A DNA stretch of 64,000 nt from Candidatus Omnitrophota bacterium (GTDB lineage: Bacteria; Omnitrophota; Gorgyraeia; Tantalellales; Tantalellaceae): contig JAHJBY010000033.1 of the NCBI GenBank assembly GCA_018813285.1, positions 3,723 to 67,722 on the forward strand, written 5' to 3'. Of this stretch, positions 48,592 to 58,442 are shown one piece after another (positions within the stretch are counted from its first letter, which is position 1; each line of letters starts with the position of its first letter). The position numbers and the translations under genes are program-made. The notes under the pieces are model-generated. The model did not search any database, was not told the origin of the DNA, and saw nothing but the letters and a program-made list of their open reading frames with translations.

Positions 48592-48797
48592 TAGCTTTCA
48601 GCTCTCAGCTTTCAGCTTTTCCTTGAATCCATTCACTATGGACGATTCACCGCCTCGCCCCATTAGCTCTCAGCTTCTCCTTGAACCCAAATAACATCGC
48701 TTATAACTTGTTGTTATCTTTCAGCAAAGATTATCCTTCTAAAGCTGACGGCTGACAGCTGAAGGCTGATAGCTGATAGCTCTATTGATAGCTCTCC
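48588..48797. repeat. (AGCTNTC)-rich repeat block, right flank of the radical-SAM gene; partly inverted relative to 46755-46812
   Basis: Two tandem cccattagct(t)tcagct...ttccttgaa units, then agctgacggctgacagctgaaggctgatagctgatagctctattgatagctc. The 20-mer gctgaaggctgatagctctatt also occurs at 35699-35723. Confidence 0.5.
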
Positions 48798-49891
48798 TAC
48801 CTCTTCCTTCTGCGGCTCACGCTTAGCAGAAAACCTATACCTATCATGGTCGCCATGATGTTTGATCCGCCATAGCTAATGAACGGCAACGGCAACCCAA
48901 CCACCGGCATCAATCCAACCGTCATGGCGATGTTCGTCAGCACCTGGACAGCTATCAATGTAACTAACCCGGTAGCAATAGCCTTCCCATAGGTATCGTC
49001 CACACCTGAGATTATCCGGACCCCGCGTGCTATGATCAAACAATAAAGGCCAAGCAGCATCATTGCGCCAACGAAGCCCCATTCTTCACCGATAACGGAA
49101 AAAATAAAATCCGTGTGCCGTTCCGGCAGAAACCGCAAGTGACTTTGCGTACCGCCGAGCCATCCCTTCCCCCATACACCGCCGGATCCAATGGCTATCT
49201 TTGACTGAATAATCGTATACCCGGCCCCGAGAGGATCGATATTCGGATTCATGAATACCAATAGGCGGCTTTTCTGATAATCTTTCAAAATATTCCAAAA
49301 CACCGGCATACTTAAAACACCAAACACCATCGTTGTCACTATGTATTTTATGTTCTCACCCGACACATAAAGGACAGAAAACAGTATCGGCACAAGCACC
49401 AACGCCGTACCGAGATCGGGCTGAAGAAATATCAAAAGAAACGCCGGAGATACCAGCAAAAGCGCGTAAACATAATTACGCAGCGTACCGGCTTTTTCTT
49501 TTCGTTCGCCAAGAAAAGCCGCCAACGCGAAAATAACAGTGATCTTCACAAACTCTGACGGTTGAAGAGAAAAAAGGCCGAGGTCGATCCATCTTTTCGC
49601 GCCATAGCGCTCTCCCCCGAACAATAGCAAAAACACAAGCAACAGAAGGTTAATGCCGTAAGCGATGTACGCAAAATCAAGCATGCGGATATAATCCATT
49701 CCGGCAACACATAAGAGTATCGCGAACCCCGCTCCAACCCACAAACATTGACGCGCCACCAGTGGATTAAGCGATCCGGTTTGAGCTCCTCTCACATACG
49801 TCGCACTGTAGACAAACGCGAGGCCCAAGATGACGATCATAAAAACCGCCAGCAGCAGCACCCTGTCCATTCGCCCGTGTCCGGGTTTCAT
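48797..49891 (-). CDS. rodA: rod shape-determining protein RodA (SEDS family)
   Basis: Ten TM helices, FtsW/RodA family. Located next to the PBP2 gene. Confidence 0.85.
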   Translation of the reverse strand: MKPGHGRMDRVLLLAVFMIVILGLAFVYSATYVRGAQTGSLNPLVARQCLWVGAGFAILLCVAGMDYIRMLDFAYIAYGINLLLLVFLLLFGGERYGAKRWIDLGLFSLQPSEFVKITVIFALAAFLGERKEKAGTLRNYVYALLLVSPAFLLIFLQPDLGTALVLVPILFSVLYVSGENIKYIVTTMVFGVLSMPVFWNILKDYQKSRLLVFMNPNIDPLGAGYTIIQSKIAIGSGGVWGKGWLGGTQSHLRFLPERHTDFIFSVIGEEWGFVGAMMLLGLYCLIIARGVRIISGVDDTYGKAIATGLVTLIAVQVLTNIAMTVGLMPVVGLPLPFISYGGSNIMATMIGIGFLLSVSRRRKR

Positions 49892-49913
49892 CAGATTATT
49901 CTCCTTTTACTCA

Positions 49914-51632
49914 TCATATGATCCCAAGCTTTTTAGCTTCCCGAAAAACTTTACCCGCGGTCTCCGCGGCATAATACCCGCCCTTGCCGCCATACTCATC
50001 AAATACCACGACCACCAGGGACGGTTTATCAAAGGGAGCGAATCCCACAAACCACCCATGGTTCCGGCCCGTAGAAGTCTCGGCTGTGCCGGTCTTCCCG
50101 GACACGACAACCTCGGAAAGCCGGGCTTTCATCCCGGTTCCATGGCGATCATTAACGCATCTCATCACCCCTTCGCGAACGGTATCAAGCGCGGCTTCTC
50201 TAATACCGGCAGGCTGTCTTTCAAAATTGTTTATCCTTACATCGCCGATTGACTCAACCACGTAAGGCCTCACCAGGTAGCCCCTGTTCGCGAAAACCGA
50301 CATCATCTCCGCAACCTGAATCGGTGTAACAAGCAAATATCCCTGCCCAATCGCATAATTTACGGTTTCCCCCTTATACCATTCGTCCTTAAACGTCTCG
50401 ACCTTCCATTTCGGGGATGGAACTGTTCCTGTCACCTCACCGGGAATATCTATTTTCGTCAGTTTCCCGAAACCAAACTTCCGCGCGAAAACAGCTATAT
50501 CATCGGCTCCCAAAAGCAACCCCAGCCTGTAAAAATAGACGTTGCAGGAATTCATGATCGCGTCTGTCATGAGCTGTTCGCCGTGCCCATTCTCCTTCCA
50601 GCACCTAAAAACCCTTTTACCAAGGGTAATGTATCCCTCACAAATCGACGAAGTTTCAGGACGCGCCTTTCCGCTTTCAAGCGCGGCGGCAGCTATAACA
50701 AGTTTGAAGATCGACCCCGGCGGATACGCGGCTCTTACCGCCCTGTTCACAAGGGGATATTGTTTGTTATCCAAAAGCTCCTTCACTTCACCTGACCTTT
50801 TGCGATCAACGAACACTTCTGGATCATAGGACGGCGCGCTTGCCATCGCAAGTATTTTTCCCGTTTCGGGATCCATCGCCACGATGGCTCCACGATTGTT
50901 TTTTAATAGTTTACCGCAAAATATCTGGAGATCCAGATCAAGCGTGGTGTGGATATCTCTTCCTGGATTGGGTTCTCTGTATCCGATAGTCGCGATCTCA
51001 CGCCCGCGATTGTCTACTTCGACCTGCTTACCGCCATGTTTGCCGCGCAGATAATTATCGTATTGTTTTTCCAATCCGGCGCGGCCTATCATATCGTCTA
51101 TCCGATATCCATAGTGTTTCAGCCGGTCAAACTCGGGCCTGTTAATGCGGCCAATATACCCTAAAACACTTACTGTCGCCGACCCTGAGGCGTATTCTCG
51201 TTTCGTTGTCGCCTCGACAAAAAGACCCGGATGTTCATATGCCGCTTCTTCAAGCTGGATAGCGGCCCTTGTTCCAATATCCGAGACTACACACACCGGC
51301 GAATATGGCCGTATCCGGCATCTATCCATACCGTCATCTATCGTCTTTCGGTCTACATTAAGTATCTCCGCCATCAATCCCGCCAAGGCATCCTTATTCC
51401 TGATCTGACTATAGATTATCGACGCGTTAAAACTCAAAGCATCCCTGGCCAACATCTTTTCGTGTCTGTCGAAAACACCGCCGCGAGGAGCCGTTAACGG
51501 CGTTACCCTGAGCCTGTTCTCTTCCGACATTACGCGGTACACATCATGCCGTATGACTTGTGTGTAAAGGAGTCCGGCAATAAGAAATGTCAGGCCGCTC
51601 AGCAATATTTGGACAAATACTCGTACCCTCAT
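49914..51632 (-). CDS. mrdA: penicillin-binding protein 2 (class B PBP)
   Basis: Dimerisation domain plus transpeptidase motifs SxxK (SIFK), SxN, KTG. Confidence 0.85.
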   Translation of the reverse strand: MRVRVFVQILLSGLTFLIAGLLYTQVIRHDVYRVMSEENRLRVTPLTAPRGGVFDRHEKMLARDALSFNASIIYSQIRNKDALAGLMAEILNVDRKTIDDGMDRCRIRPYSPVCVVSDIGTRAAIQLEEAAYEHPGLFVEATTKREYASGSATVSVLGYIGRINRPEFDRLKHYGYRIDDMIGRAGLEKQYDNYLRGKHGGKQVEVDNRGREIATIGYREPNPGRDIHTTLDLDLQIFCGKLLKNNRGAIVAMDPETGKILAMASAPSYDPEVFVDRKRSGEVKELLDNKQYPLVNRAVRAAYPPGSIFKLVIAAAALESGKARPETSSICEGYITLGKRVFRCWKENGHGEQLMTDAIMNSCNVYFYRLGLLLGADDIAVFARKFGFGKLTKIDIPGEVTGTVPSPKWKVETFKDEWYKGETVNYAIGQGYLLVTPIQVAEMMSVFANRGYLVRPYVVESIGDVRINNFERQPAGIREAALDTVREGVMRCVNDRHGTGMKARLSEVVVSGKTGTAETSTGRNHGWFVGFAPFDKPSLVVVVFDEYGGKGGYYAAETAGKVFREAKKLGII

Positions 51633-51640
51633 GGTAAATA

Positions 51641-51848
51641 CTTAAGTAAGCGCGCCTATTTTTTGAATATTCAACGCAAAATGCAAATTGCAAATTGCAA
51701 AAGTTAAAATTATTTGTTCTTCTTTGCCGTAATTACTGACTTTTCAACAATGCTTATGGCACTTGTTCTACTGTCTTCATTTTACACTTTTCATTTTGCA
51801 TTTTGCACTTTGCAATCGACTGTACCTTACTGACTATTTACCCCTCAT
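51641..51848. repeat. ~190-bp intergenic element, copy 1 (palindrome ttgaatattcaa, (GCAAAT)n, cattttgcattttgcactttgcaat)
   Basis: Matches 57360-57548 in the same order and orientation. Lies between mreD (3' end) and mrdA (5' end). Confidence 0.55.
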
Positions 51849-51849
51849 G

Positions 51850-52359
51850 TCACCTTTCTGACGCCCATAGCCCGCGAATGGTCAAAAACACCAGCGGCGA
51901 AACCAATATTGTGCTTACGATAACCCGCCAACTGCCGGCGAGTACCACATGCAGTCCGGGACAATCCCCGAAGATCGCGGCAAAATATAAGGTGTGAACT
52001 ATCATCAACAGGCATATGGATATGCCTGCCACCAACATGTTCATAATGGGGCTTTGTCTGTAAAATGTCTTCGACAGGATCGCCGCGGCAGCACCAAGCA
52101 CAGGGAATATAATTATGTCCGCGGAAAAAGTATGCACTGAAAGCAGTCCGCGCAGTATCCCGGCCGCGAGCCCGAACGCGAGAGCTCCGAATACCCCGTT
52201 AAAAACCGCGGTGAAAATAACCACCAGTAGAACCAGATCCGGAAACCATCTTGAGCGCCCGGTGAAGCTTCCCTGGATCATAAACACCGCTACCAGCAAC
52301 GCGCATATGTACAATATTTTTCTGTTGTTGCCTTCCACTATTCGTTGTCCACGATGCAT
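51850..52359 (-). CDS. mreD: rod shape-determining protein MreD
   Basis: About 165 aa, five TM helices, immediately after mreC. Confidence 0.6.
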   Translation of the reverse strand: MHRGQRIVEGNNRKILYICALLVAVFMIQGSFTGRSRWFPDLVLLVVIFTAVFNGVFGALAFGLAAGILRGLLSVHTFSADIIIFPVLGAAAAILSKTFYRQSPIMNMLVAGISICLLMIVHTLYFAAIFGDCPGLHVVLAGSWRVIVSTILVSPLVFLTIRGLWASER

Positions 52360-53123
52360 AAGACTTCTTCTGTGTCAAAAAAACCGGCGAACGGTTTTAT
52401 TTCCGCTATCTGATACAACCCTGTTTTGCTCTTTCGGACATCCGTGACCTTTCCCACCAATATGCCTTTCGGAAATACCCGGCTTAGTTCTGATGTCGTG
52501 ACAAACTCTCCTTTAACTACCTCGGCATCCATGGGAATATACAACATCCTGACGGTTCCACTCGCGCCACCGGCGATAACCCCATTAACACGGCTTCCCT
52601 TGATAACCCCGCCGGCTCTAAAACTCGGATGTGTTAAAAGCGCTACAAAACTACTGTCGTCTCCCGTTCGGACGACCTTGCCAAGTAATCCCTTTGATGA
52701 ACAGACAGCAGCCTGCGGCTTTACCCCATCATCCGCGCCTCTGTCAATAACAAATGAACCCGTCCAATCGTTCGGCCCTCTCTCGACTACCCTGGCGGAA
52801 ACAGTCTTGAACCTGAAGTTTTTCTTGAACTCGAGCAAAGCCCTCAAACGATCGTTCTCTTTCTCGACATCCTCGAGGCGCGCGATATTTAATGAAAGAT
52901 TATCGGCTTTTCGGCGTAAAGCGGCATTCTCCTTAAAAAGCGCGTCTCGACCCGCAAAATAACGCGCTACCCCTCCGCAAACAATCGCGGGCGTTGAGAA
53001 TATCCGTGCTGTAAGGAATTTTATACTGCCGAAAAGTGGAGAGTTGAAGACAACAATAAGAACTGCCACGAAGACAGCCGCCATAATGGATCGATTTCTG
53101 TATTTTGGAAATATTTTAGGCAC
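52338..53123 (-). CDS. mreC: rod shape-determining protein MreC
   Basis: N-terminal TM, coiled coil (LEDVEKENDRLRALLEF), beta-barrel domains. Confidence 0.8.
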   Translation of the reverse strand: MPKIFPKYRNRSIMAAVFVAVLIVVFNSPLFGSIKFLTARIFSTPAIVCGGVARYFAGRDALFKENAALRRKADNLSLNIARLEDVEKENDRLRALLEFKKNFRFKTVSARVVERGPNDWTGSFVIDRGADDGVKPQAAVCSSKGLLGKVVRTGDDSSFVALLTHPSFRAGGVIKGSRVNGVIAGGASGTVRMLYIPMDAEVVKGEFVTTSELSRVFPKGILVGKVTDVRKSKTGLYQIAEIKPFAGFFDTEEVLCIVDNE

Positions 53124-53164
53124 ATCAATTTAACTGATCCGCCGCCGCGGGCGCGGCAAATCCG

Positions 53165-54226
53165 TTATTTGCGCAGTCTGGGAGCCACCGACAGGCGTTT
53201 TAGATAATTTAGTTCACTTAGTACCTTGCCGGCACCCAACACAACTGCCGTAAGTGGATCATCCGCCAGATGGACAGGCAACCCCGTCTCATCCGAGATA
53301 AGTTTATCCAATCCCCGCAACAGTGACCCACCGCCCGCCAAAATCAACCCCTTCTCTATAAGATCGGCTGATAATTCCGGCGGGGTTCTTTCAAGTGTGA
53401 TCCTGACCGCTTCTATGATCTGTGACACCGGCTCTACCATCGCTTCCCGGATCTCCTCACTGTTGATCGTTATCATCTTCGGTAAGCCGGCAACCTGGTC
53501 GCGTCCTCTGACTTCCATCGTGATCTCCTCGTCCAGAGGATACGCGGAACCGATCTTGATCTTGATATCCTCCGCGGTGCGTTCTCCGACCATCAAATTA
53601 TACGTTCGTTTTAAATAATTTGTGATCGCGGCGTCAAGTTCGTCACCGCCTACGCGAATAGACTTGGAAAAAACCACGCCTGCCAGAGAAATTACCGCCA
53701 TCTCCGTCGTGCCGCCGCCAATGTCTATAATCATATTACCGGACGGTTCCTGTATAGGAAGTCCAACCCCGATCGCGGCGGCAATAGGCTCTTCTATCAT
53801 GTACACTTCACGGGCGCCGGCATGAAGAGCGGAATCTTTCACCGCGCGCCTTTCAACTTCTGTGATCCCGGATGGAACAGCCACAACGATCCTGGGACGC
53901 ACCAAGCCGCGCGAGCTGTGAACTTTTTTTATAAAGTATCGTAGCATGCTTTCTGTTATATCAAAGTCGGCTATTACCCCGTCACGCATAGGGCGAATTG
54001 CCACGATATTGCCGGGTGTCCGACCGAGCATGCGTTTGGCTTCTTCTCCGACGGCCAAAATTTTCAATGTCCCCGCTTCAATCGCGACAACAGACGGTTC
54101 GCAAAGAACGATCCCTTCGTTCTTTACATATATAAGAGTGGAAGCCGTGCCGAGGTCTATCCCGATATCACTCGAGAAAGCACCCATTAAATTTCCTAAA
54201 AAACTGGATATGCTTTTATGCACCAT
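53165..54226 (-). CDS. mreB: rod shape-determining actin homolog MreB
   Basis: [34 protein letters not shown] matches the E. coli MreB N-terminus. Start trimmed to the Met at 54226. Confidence 0.9.
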   Translation of the reverse strand: MVHKSISSFLGNLMGAFSSDIGIDLGTASTLIYVKNEGIVLCEPSVVAIEAGTLKILAVGEEAKRMLGRTPGNIVAIRPMRDGVIADFDITESMLRYFIKKVHSSRGLVRPRIVVAVPSGITEVERRAVKDSALHAGAREVYMIEEPIAAAIGVGLPIQEPSGNMIIDIGGGTTEMAVISLAGVVFSKSIRVGGDELDAAITNYLKRTYNLMVGERTAEDIKIKIGSAYPLDEEITMEVRGRDQVAGLPKMITINSEEIREAMVEPVSQIIEAVRITLERTPPELSADLIEKGLILAGGGSLLRGLDKLISDETGLPVHLADDPLTAVVLGAGKVLSELNYLKRLSVAPRLRK

Positions 54227-54341
54227 GTGACGCACCTTTTTTTCGTAAAGATCCGCGATTACCCGATCCGTAAGATCCCTTTGACAGAATAGAATCTTAA
54301 CAAATATAATATCCGTTGTCAAATTGTTTCTTAGGACGGGG

Positions 54342-55637
54342 TCATCCCCCGGCTACCAGGGCCGTGAGATCCTTCAAAAAGCCGGGATAAGATGTATCAA
54401 CGCAACCCGAGTCCACGATGACACATTCATCGTCTGAGGCGAGAGATGCTATCGCCGCGCTCATAGCCGTTCGGTGATCACCAAAACTTTTTACCCGATG
54501 TGCCTGAAATCTACCAATGCCCCCGGAGATTATCAAAGTGTCATCTTCTTCCCTGAGACGCGCTCCAATAGCCGTCAAATTATCCGTTATGCTTTTTACC
54601 CGATCGGTCTCCTTGACCTTAAGTTCCGATATGCCCATGATACGGGTTTCACCATCCGCCGCCGCCGCCGCGACAGCGATCACAGGTATCTCATCGATCA
54701 GTAGCGGAATTTCGTCAGCGGTAACAACAGTGCCTTTAAGAACAGAATATTTTACCTCCAGATCCCCCACCGGCTCAAGCGTTTCCCTTTCGTCAAGGAT
54801 CTTAATATGCCCACCCATTCTCCTTAACACGTCAACCACTCCGGTCCGGGTAGGATTCAGCCCCACATCACGCAATATGATATGTGAATCTTTCACCAAA
54901 AGACCGCCTACAATAAAAAAAGCCGCACTTGAAATGTCACCCGGGATGTTGATGTCATTCGCCTCGAGATATTTACCACCGGTTATACGCGTGGTCAAAC
55001 CGTCTTTTTTAATAACCGCGGAAAGATATTCGAGCATCCTCTCCGTGTGGTCACGCGACAGAAATGGCTCTCGCAGTGACGTCACTCCATCGGCATACAA
55101 ACCCGCCGCAAGCACACAGGATTTGATCTGCGCGCTGGCAACCGGTGTCACATAATCGATCGGAGACAATGGTCCCTTATGCCCATAGATCCGGAGCGGC
55201 GCGTGATCGCCTCCCTCCATTGGTTCAACTTTAACTCCCATCCGGGCAAGAGGTTCCATAACGCGGCGCATCGGACGCCGTCTCAATGATCCGTCTCCCG
55301 TCAAAACGCTGTTAAAAGGCTGCCCGGCCAGTATGCCGGGGATAATGCGCATGCTTGTCCCTGAATTTCCGAGATAGATATTGCCTTCCGGCGGACGCAG
55401 TCCCCGCAACCCTTTACCGGACACAATGACCATATCTTTTTTGACCTCTATTTCGATCCCCAGTGAACGGAACGCGCGAAGCGTATGCATACAGTCTTCA
55501 CCCCGAAGAAAATTATTTATCCGCGTATTTCCGTTTGATATCGAGCCGAACATGATGGCTCGATGCGAAATACTCTTGTCCGGCGGAACCGTTAATTCCC
55601 CTTTGAGACTTTTCGCGGGTTGTATCTTCCAATCCAT
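54342..55637 (-). CDS. aroA: 3-phosphoshikimate 1-carboxyvinyltransferase (EPSP synthase)
   Basis: [22 protein letters not shown] ... typical EPSPS N-terminus; 431 aa. Confidence 0.9.
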   Translation of the reverse strand: MDWKIQPAKSLKGELTVPPDKSISHRAIMFGSISNGNTRINNFLRGEDCMHTLRAFRSLGIEIEVKKDMVIVSGKGLRGLRPPEGNIYLGNSGTSMRIIPGILAGQPFNSVLTGDGSLRRRPMRRVMEPLARMGVKVEPMEGGDHAPLRIYGHKGPLSPIDYVTPVASAQIKSCVLAAGLYADGVTSLREPFLSRDHTERMLEYLSAVIKKDGLTTRITGGKYLEANDINIPGDISSAAFFIVGGLLVKDSHIILRDVGLNPTRTGVVDVLRRMGGHIKILDERETLEPVGDLEVKYSVLKGTVVTADEIPLLIDEIPVIAVAAAAADGETRIMGISELKVKETDRVKSITDNLTAIGARLREEDDTLIISGGIGRFQAHRVKSFGDHRTAMSAAIASLASDDECVIVDSGCVDTSYPGFLKDLTALVAGG

Positions 55638-55673
55638 TTTACTCCTTGATCAAGGGCGAAATATTTTTCGCCC

Positions 55674-56594
55674 CTACGATTCACCCTTTACTACCTTCCC
55701 GCTCCTGATCTTTTCCATTATATCATCCGGAACCGGAGAATGGAACTCTACATATTCGCCGGTCTCGGGATGCGTAAATCCGATCATCTCGGCATGAAGC
55801 GCCTGGCGGACCATCCCGCCCTCCTTGCCGTACGTTGCGTCTCCCAATACCGGATGCCCGATATGTCTCATATGTACTCGTATTTGATGAGTTCTGCCCG
55901 TTTCTAATTCCACACGCAAAACCGTGAACTCCTTGAACCTCTTAAGTACATGATATATCGATCGCGACGGTCTTCCTCTTTCATGATCGATAACCATTTT
56001 TTTGCGATCGATCACACCTCTCGCTATGGGTTCATCTACAACCCCGTTGTCTGCTTCCACCCGTCCGCCTACGATCGCTATATACGTTTTCTTGACCGCT
56101 CTCTTTTTAAATTGTCCCGACAATGACCGCAAAGCTTTATCATTTTTCGCCGCTACCAGCACGCCGGAAGTGTCCTTATCAAGCCTGTGAACAATGCCCG
56201 GACGGAGCTCATTTCCGGTATCTGCCAGAGACTTTGTGTGATGAAGAAGAGCGTTTACCAGGGTCCCTCGCCTGTTTCCCGCCCCCGGATGAACGATCAT
56301 GCCAGCATGTTTATTGATAACAATGATCCAGTCATCCTCATAAAGTATCTCCAGGGGTATTTCTTCCGGTTTCATATCATTTTCAGATGCGGGAGGTACA
56401 CTGACATGTATCAGATCACCGGAAGAAATAATGTAACGCGGCTTGACACCCCGGCCATTAACCAAAACGTGTCCTCGATCGATAAGCGTCTTAGCGAAGG
56501 TGCGCGAATATCCCTCGCCCAATCTTAAAGCGATACACTTGTCAACACGTCCACCGGTCGCGTCGGCGCTGACCTCGAACTCCAATTCCGTCAT
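55674..56594 (-). CDS. rluD: RluA-family 23S rRNA pseudouridine synthase (RluD-like) with N-terminal S4 domain
   Basis: HRLDKDTSGVLV catalytic motif. Confidence 0.8.
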   Translation of the reverse strand: MTELEFEVSADATGGRVDKCIALRLGEGYSRTFAKTLIDRGHVLVNGRGVKPRYIISSGDLIHVSVPPASENDMKPEEIPLEILYEDDWIIVINKHAGMIVHPGAGNRRGTLVNALLHHTKSLADTGNELRPGIVHRLDKDTSGVLVAAKNDKALRSLSGQFKKRAVKKTYIAIVGGRVEADNGVVDEPIARGVIDRKKMVIDHERGRPSRSIYHVLKRFKEFTVLRVELETGRTHQIRVHMRHIGHPVLGDATYGKEGGMVRQALHAEMIGFTHPETGEYVEFHSPVPDDIMEKIRSGKVVKGES

Positions 56595-57337
56595 CTTTTT
56601 ACCCTTTTAACGGCAAACAACACTGTAAACAATATTACGCTGACCGTAAACATCGAGGCGCTTATAACCTGCGGCAATGTCATTCCAAAAGCAACCGACG
56701 GATTGTCGCCGCGGAGAAATTCGATAAAAAACCTGAAAATGGAATACATAACCAGATACAGCAGTATTGTAGATCCGCTGAATAATTTCGCTCCCCGCAC
56801 ACGCAAAAGCGCCAGGTACATAACAGCGAGCCCAAGTGCGGCATACGCCTGAACCGGCAGTCGCATAGAGACCTCTCCTGGAAACGTTACGCCAAAACCT
56901 GATCGCACAACTTTTCCGTAACAACATCCGTTCAAAAAACACCCGACGCGTCCTACAGCCTGACCAAGCGCGATATAAGGAGCAATAATATCCGAGGTTT
57001 CCGCGAATGACATCTCTTTTCGCCGACAAACAATCGCCGCGGCCGCGGTGCCTGCGGCTAAACCGCCATGGAACGCCATTCCGCCGTCACGAATGGCGAA
57101 AATGCGCATGGGAAACTGTAAATAATATTTCAAATCAGTGCATACGAATAGAAGCCTTCCGCCTATGAGGCCGCCTACCAATATCCACAAAAGACAATCT
57201 AAAACCTTATCGAACGGGAGGCCGGACCTAACGCAGTCTCTTCGTATCAGCAATGTAGAGATCAAAAACGCGGCGGCCACACAAACTCCATAGCTATAGA
57301 CCGAGAACGAACCGATCTCGCACAATATTCGGTGCAT
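56591..57337 (-). CDS. lgt: prolipoprotein diacylglyceryl transferase
   Basis: Lgt signature region ... HGGLAAG; seven TM helices. Confidence 0.85.
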   Translation of the reverse strand: MHRILCEIGSFSVYSYGVCVAAAFLISTLLIRRDCVRSGLPFDKVLDCLLWILVGGLIGGRLLFVCTDLKYYLQFPMRIFAIRDGGMAFHGGLAAGTAAAAIVCRRKEMSFAETSDIIAPYIALGQAVGRVGCFLNGCCYGKVVRSGFGVTFPGEVSMRLPVQAYAALGLAVMYLALLRVRGAKLFSGSTILLYLVMYSIFRFFIEFLRGDNPSVAFGMTLPQVISASMFTVSVILFTVLFAVKRVKR

Positions 57338-57359
57338 ATCAACTCCCGTGATCGTAAAT

Positions 57360-57548
57360 ATTAAGTAAACAAACCACGTCTAAATTCTCTTGAATATTCA
57401 ATGCAAATTGCAAATTGTAGAAGTTAAAATTACTTACAGTTTTTTCCGCAAAATTTAACAACCGTTCACTAAATTTATTCTTCATTATTTTACTGTTTTC
57501 ATTTTGCACTTTGCATTTTGCAATAGAATGCACTTTACCTACGATTTA
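57360..57548. repeat. ~190-bp intergenic element, copy 2
   Basis: ttgaatattcaatgcaaattgcaaattg ... ttcattttgcactttgcattttgcaat ... atttaccc, between lspA (3' end) and lgt (5' end). Confidence 0.55.
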
Positions 57549-58068
57549 CCCGAGGCCGGCAACAACGACTTCCCCCTTTGCCATCATATCCTGTTGCCAC
57601 CATTCGTATGATCAGCATCCCAGCTCCCGTCGTAATAAAACAATCCGCGATATTGAACACCGGCCATATTCTGAAGTCTATAAAATCAATGACATGTCCA
57701 AACAATAACCTGTCCGTAAGATTCCCCATGATCCCGGCAAGCATAAATACCAGTGCGCACTTTTCCGATAGCCCTAATCGTTTATGCCCCACCAAAAGAA
57801 TAACAGAGATCGAAATGAGGGCTATAACAGCGACAATGATGAACAACCACGGCATGGGCTGAAAAATACCGAAAGCGCCTCCGGTATTGGACAGGAGGGT
57901 GAGATGTAAAAAGTTTTTGATCACGGGAAGTGTTGCGCCCGCGGTCAAAAATTTCATCGCGAAATACTTCGAGGCGCGATCGAAAAAATACACGAACAAA
58001 AACGCCGATAAAAGCGGTATTATCGGCGAGAACTCTTTTCTATTTTTTCCTGGCATTTTATGCAGCAT
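57535..58068 (-). CDS. lspA: lipoprotein signal peptidase (signal peptidase II)
   Basis: NTGGAFG ... FNIADCFI catalytic Asp regions. Confidence 0.8.
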   Translation of the reverse strand: MLHKMPGKNRKEFSPIIPLLSAFLFVYFFDRASKYFAMKFLTAGATLPVIKNFLHLTLLSNTGGAFGIFQPMPWLFIIVAVIALISISVILLVGHKRLGLSEKCALVFMLAGIMGNLTDRLLFGHVIDFIDFRIWPVFNIADCFITTGAGMLIIRMVATGYDGKGGSRCCRPRVNRR

Positions 58069-58442
58069 TGGGCTTGGGGCATAGCTTTCAGACGTCGTTT
58101 TGAGATCGGTTCACCACATTCGTCACACACACCATATATCCCCTCGTCTATCCGTTTTATCGCGTCATCAAGCGCGAATAGCATTTCTCTTTCGCCCTCC
58201 GCGAGCCCAAGCAGGAACTCACGCTCATAAAGATCGGTGGCCATATCCGCCATGTGGAACGAATACCCGGACAGATCCCCCGACGCTTCTTTCTGTGACT
58301 TCCTCAATGAGTTTTCCTTAATGCACATCAATTCCTTTAAAATGCCGGTTTTCTCTTCGACAAGCCGTTTTCGTATTTTTCCAAGCTCGGTTTTTACGCG
58401 GCCTTTATTTTTCGATCCCTTCGCTTTAGCCGTCATCCTCAC
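58020..58442 (-). CDS. DksA/TraR-family C4 zinc-finger protein
   Basis: CDECGEPI ... CCIKC; coiled-coil N-terminus. 48-nt overlap with the lspA ORF start. Confidence 0.6.
   Translation of the reverse strand: MRMTAKAKGSKNKGRVKTELGKIRKRLVEEKTGILKELMCIKENSLRKSQKEASGDLSGYSFHMADMATDLYEREFLLGLAEGEREMLFALDDAIKRIDEGIYGVCDECGEPISKRRLKAMPQAQCCIKCQEKIEKSSRR

Noticed and set aside
51803-51997. Two plus-strand ORFs with near-identical N-termini (MHFAIDCTL... here and at 57511..57708)
   Set aside because: The similarity comes from translation of the duplicated intergenic element; both run antisense into mreD/lspA, so they are unlikely to be genes.
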